64,000 nt of DNA, from contig CATNEN010000038.1 in the NCBI GenBank assembly GCA_950097015.1, forward strand, positions 18,724,001 through 18,788,000, written 5' to 3'. How positions within the stretch are numbered: position 1 is the stretch's first letter; the number at the start of each line of letters is the position of its first letter. Source of the stretch: Macrostomum hystrix (Eukaryota > Animalia > Platyhelminthes). The notes below the pieces were generated by a model that saw only the letters and a program-made list of their open reading frames with translations, was not told the origin of the DNA and ran no database searches. The position numbers and the translations under genes are program-made. This document shows, in pieces, positions 42,303 through 64,000 of this stretch.

Positions 42303-44703
42303 ATGGATAAGTGTCACATTCTGCTGCTGCTATCTCTGATGGCTTTGATCAGCTGTCAGAATCATCAGAATCAGAGGCGCCTCGCGCAGCTTCAACGCCA
42401 GAGGCAGCGACTGTTGATGGAACGACAGCGTCAGCAGAAAGTTGTCAGCAGCGAAGACGCGAGACGCAGCGATTGCTGGAATGATGAGCAGTCTTTTGAG
42501 CAGTCTAGAGTAGGGAATGACAGCTCGGATCGGAGCTCGGGTCACATGAACTATGAGCACACAGTTTTCAAAATGATCAAGGAGTCCTGTACTCCGGACT
42601 CCAGGCCCGTGTACAACGCTTCGGTTGCTGTCATTGTGAACTTTGCCGCCTCGCTCACCCAGATTCTAGGATTCGATGTGAGTACATCTTTGAGCATTTG
42701 AGTACATCTTTGAGTCTTTGAGTACATCTTTAAGCATTTGAGTACATCTTTGAGTCTTTAAGTACATCTTTGAGTCTTTAAGTACATCTTTGAGTCTTTA
42801 AGTACATCTTTGAGTCTTTAAGTACATCTTTGAGTCTTTAAGTACATCTTTGAGTCTTTAAGTACATCTTTGAGTCTTTGAGTCGTTGAGTACATCTTTG
42901 AGCATTTGAGTACAACTTTGAGTCTTTGAGTACAACTTTGAGTCTTTGAGTCTTTGTTCACCCAGCTGTTAAATAGGTACCAGCATCAGCTGGGGTAATT
43001 GAGGGTGGGTGTGGCGTCTCCCCCAGTCCACAGACTGTCGACGAACGCAGCTGCGGCAGTGCTGTCGGCTGCACATCAAAGTACGTGCATAGAGATGCAT
43101 GAAGCAAGCATTAGATATACAAACTAATAGACTGACATGTTGAATCGTGCAGGAACGCAATCAGATTCTAACAGCAAACTTCTGGGTCATTGTGGAATAC
43201 GTCGACGAACGGATTCGATGGACCACCAGTCGGGTGGCGGTGCAGAGCGTGACCCTGCCTTCCAGAGACATCTGGCTCCCGGACCTCGTGCTGTACAACA
43301 CCGCCGGTGACTATGTGGGCTACTTTCCAGCCGACATATCTGTGACCATCAGCAGCAATGGCACCATCAGATGGATGCCTGCGGTCACCTCAAAGAGTCA
43401 CTGCGCAGTGGACCTGACTCTGTTCCCGTTTGACAGGTTAGACCACGTAATCGAATCGCCAATCAATCAAATCTTTACTCAATCAAATCTTCAATCAATC
43501 AAACCATCACCGAATCCGTTTGTGTTTAGGCAGCTCTGCAGCCTGAAGTTCGCTAGCTGGACCTACGACATGTCCCAGCTCGATCTTCGCGTCCATCCCA
43601 GCATGCAGCCAATGCTGAAGGAGTTTAGCATTCAGCACGGTGAATGGAACGTCACCCGGGTGTGGCTGGGAAGAAACATCACCAGCTACCCGCTGCTGTC
43701 GAACGCGTTCAGCGAAGTCATCGTATACATCTGCATGCGCCGGCATTCGGTGTTCTATCTGGTCAATGTCGCCCTGCCTACATTGGTATTCATCTGCGTG
43801 ACCTTCTTCTCCTATTGGGTGCCTTTCAGCTCAGGCGAGAAAGTCACTTTCTGTGTGAGTATGATGACCACCTTCTCAATCTATTCAACGCTGCTGGTGA
43901 ATAAGCTGCCAACAACTTCGGATTCAGTGGCTATATTAAGCTCCCTGGTTGCCATGGGGATGGTAAATGCCAGTGTAGCCACCGCGTCTTCTGTTCTGTC
44001 GCTCAAATTGGTCACCTACCGACATCGACCATCGGGCCTGCTCAAACGGCTCATAATAGCCTATGGAGGTCAGCTTTTTGCAGCTAATTGTTCTCGTGTT
44101 CTGTCTCGTTAAAATAAAAGTTGATTACCTGACACTTGTTTCTCAAACTTCTTTCGTCATCGCTGATTGGTTGGCAAAAACCTCTCTCTTTCTCCTTTTT
44201 TTCAACCACCGTCGCTGATTTGTTGGTGAAAAATTCAACCGCTCTAACCCATCCTCGTCTCCTAGCTATTGGCTGTTTAATCTTCGTTCCTTCTGACCAT
44301 TTCTTATTGCTGATTGGCTGCTTAACCGATTGCCTTTTCACCCCTCCCCAACCCAGAGCGAGAGCTGTCATGCCTAGCCAATTATCGCCGCTCCGTGGAG
44401 CGTGCCAGATTCAACGAGTTAGACACCGAGGATGAAGAGGAACTGTTGCGTCAAGCCTCCATAGGCGGCACGCCCAGCGATCTGCTCGAAGCCAAGGAGC
44501 GCCAGATTCTGTGCGCCTCTCGACAGTTCCTACGAGGCTCAGGCAGAATCGACTGGCTCAATCAGCTGCGCGCCGTCCAGTGGCACGTAGCGGCTAGCGT
44601 TGTTGAACGCGTCGTCGGCGCAACCTCCTGCCTCATGTCTTTAATGTCTTTTGGCACTATGTACTGGAAGGTGGCCAATTTTAAGCCTACGAACGATTGC
44701 TAA
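42303..44703 (+). CDS. Cys-loop ligand-gated ion channel, nicotinic acetylcholine receptor-like non-alpha subunit, 4 exons, ~514 aa
   Basis: Exons 42303-42677, 43153-43436, 43530-44068, 44357-44703 (1545 nt). Signal peptide; RPVYN; D|ERNQILTANFW; IWLPDLVLYN; Cys-loop CAVDLTLFPFDR|QLC; SWTYD; MRRHSVFY-M1; GEK-M2; LPTTSDSV; QWHVAASVVER-M4. Loop C lacks the vicinal cysteines (YPLL). Confidence 0.93.
42678..42955. repeat. 20-bp minisatellite AGTACATCTTTGAGTCTTTA starting at the intron-1 donor
   Basis: First unit overlaps the GTGAGT donor. Confidence 0.9.
42956..43078 (+). mobile_element. 5'-truncated copy of the 13654-13965 SINE
   Basis: gttcacccagctgtt...ggtaccagcatcagctggg...gtggcgtc...cagtcc...gctgcggc.gtgctgtcggctgcacatc aligns with ~13777-13920. 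Confidence 0.85.
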
Positions 44704-46292
44704 AATCAAAGTCGGGAAAAGGCGACGAACAAATCAAGTGCGCTGTGAGTTAACTGATAAAAATTTCCATGAGGCTTACACATTTTGCACTCAGGTTTAA
44801 CGGAAATTAAAAGCAGATTAATGGAATCCCGCCTAATTAGTAAAAAATGACTTCATCCTCTTGCTTAGCTAGTTGGTTGATATTACTCGACATGTTTTTT
44901 TTCTGAGGTAGTTTATCACGATACGACTTTTTAAACGAAAATGTAACATGTGCACTCATTTTTTTATAATCAAAATGTTTCTAAAACTCCTACGTATTTG
45001 AGTAATTTACGCCCTTTAAGGGCCAACCTCCAAGGCACAGTGAAAGTGTACACTGGCTGCCTGACGATGAGAAGAAAGTCAAGGGGCAGATGTACTCAGC
45101 TGTGAATGTGTGCCAGGATCTGTGTACACTTTCTTTGCTGTGGATAAAAAAAGAAGACTGTTGTAAAAACACAGTGTTCTATATATTCTTAATATTTGTA
45201 TAATTATTTTTGAAAATAATTGAAACTATATTTAATATATTTTATTAATATTGTATTACACAGCTATTTTTTAACAGTTTAGTTTGCCTACTACTCTTAT
45301 TTATTGTGGTAAGAACAAATACACGTGCATGACATAATAAATGTTTTTATTTAAGAAATCGTAATATATTCTTCAAGAAACGTTTGATGCATATTTAAAC
45401 AAGTATTCCATTTTAAAATGTTATACAAAACTCGTTATTAAAAACTATAAATCAGTTGGTTCAATAAAGAGTTAAAAATAATTCGTTTTTTTATAAAATG
45501 TAACTTTTAATAAGATAAATAATCTTCTGCGTTACTTTTTGGCTCTGCGCGTTATCTAAGACAGCGAATTAACAAAGGTTAAAAAAATAAAATATACACA
45601 AGAAGGTCGATTGGGTAATGAGTTGTTTGTTTGCAGGATTTGTAGGATTATCAAAATCGATCACTGCCACTGGCTCTAAGTAAACTGATTACACGTCATT
45701 AAAAAATCTATCAAATAACCAAGCAATCAAACAAACAAACTATAAGTAATAGTTCACTCGACTTTAAAATATTTCTCTCGATTGCTTGATAAATCAGTTT
45801 ATGAGTTCAATAGTCAAAAAAGCTACATTTTTATAAATCGATTAATCTAGCTATCCTAACCCTATTGATCTTGGATCAATCGACTAACAGATTAATCTAA
45901 ACAATCAATAGAAAATTATTTGACGCACTTAATCGATCTTTTTTTGAATTTATTTATCTTTAGTCTTGTTAATTGAATCACCTATGTATTCAATGCAAGT
46001 TGAACTGATGCAGGTTACAATATATAGGGATATTTTCTAACTATAAGACATCGGTATGCGGCTACTACATGTGAGAAAAACTGATAGAATATATAATCAA
46101 TCATGCAAGCTACGAAAATAATTTAGTCTCTTCAGCTGCTAAATCAAATAAGCAAAACACAACAAGCAAAGCTCAGTGGAAGAAGAGACCTTAGTTTAAT
46201 ACGAAAGGTTTAATGACATTCAGGACTTGACTTCTGCTCTGGCATGTTCTCATGGCATGCTGATGGGAAGGCTTTGTGCCATAGACAATCAG

Positions 46293-63403
<17,111 letters not shown>

Positions 63404-63466
63404 CTGCGAGTGAAATTTAAAACAAAACCAAATTTATTACTACATCACATTACTTCTTGTTTTTTA

Positions 63467-64000
63467 ACCCATTGGAATTCTACCTGAACCAATGGGAATT
63501 CTACCTGAACCCATTGGAATTCTACCTGAACCCATTGGAATTCTACCTGAACCCATTGGAATTCTACCTGAACCCATTGGAATTCTACCTGAACCCATTG
63601 GAATTCTACCTGAACCCATGAGAATTCCACCTGAACCCATTGGAATTCTACCTAAACCCATTGGAATTCTTCCGGAACCCATTGGAATTCTACCTGAACC
63701 CATTGGAATTCTACCTGAACCCATTGGAATTCTACCTGAACCCATTGGAATTCTACCTGAACCCATTGGAATTCTACCTAAACCCATTGGAATTCTACCT
63801 GAACCCATTGGAATTCTACCTAAACCCATTGGAATTCTACCTGAACCCATTGGAATTCTTCCTGAACCCATTGGAATTCTACCTGAACCCATTGGAATTC
63901 TACCTGAACCCATGAGAATTCTACCTGAACCCAATGGGAATTCTACCTGAACCCAATGGGAATTCTACCTGAACCAATGGGAATTCTACCTGAACCCATG
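63467..64000. repeat. 21-bp minisatellite GGAATTCTACCTGAACCCATT
   Basis: Intronic array running off the window end. Confidence 0.95.

Overview
Eukaryotic (animal) genomic DNA with GT-AG introns, GC-rich exons, AT-rich introns and about 18 kb (~28%, hand tally) of tandem repeats in more than 25 separate arrays. The style resembles the flatworm Macrostomum, but that is an inference and was not verified. I rebuilt six genes by hand with phase-consistent splice sites: (1) an intronless M13 (neprilysin/ECE-type) metallopeptidase whose third zinc ligand is substituted; (2) a 3-exon two-TM protein with PPxY motifs; (3) a 4-exon Ikaros/Hunchback-like C2H2 factor with the C-terminal dimerisation fingers; (4) Nkx6; (5) a non-alpha nicotinic acetylcholine receptor subunit with Thr instead of the conserved M2 9' Leu; (6) the 3' 20 exons (~2050 aa) of a large smoothelin-like protein with 7 Ig domains, a 36-38 aa repeat, a C-terminal CH domain and an in-frame pure (CAG)192 tract. 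Also present: a tRNA-derived CORE-like SINE (one full, one partial copy), a hAT-type MITE with an 8-bp TSD, and a second TIR-bounded element in inverted copies. Most long ORFs in the supplied track are translations of satellites. No CRISPR array, rRNA or functional tRNA was found.
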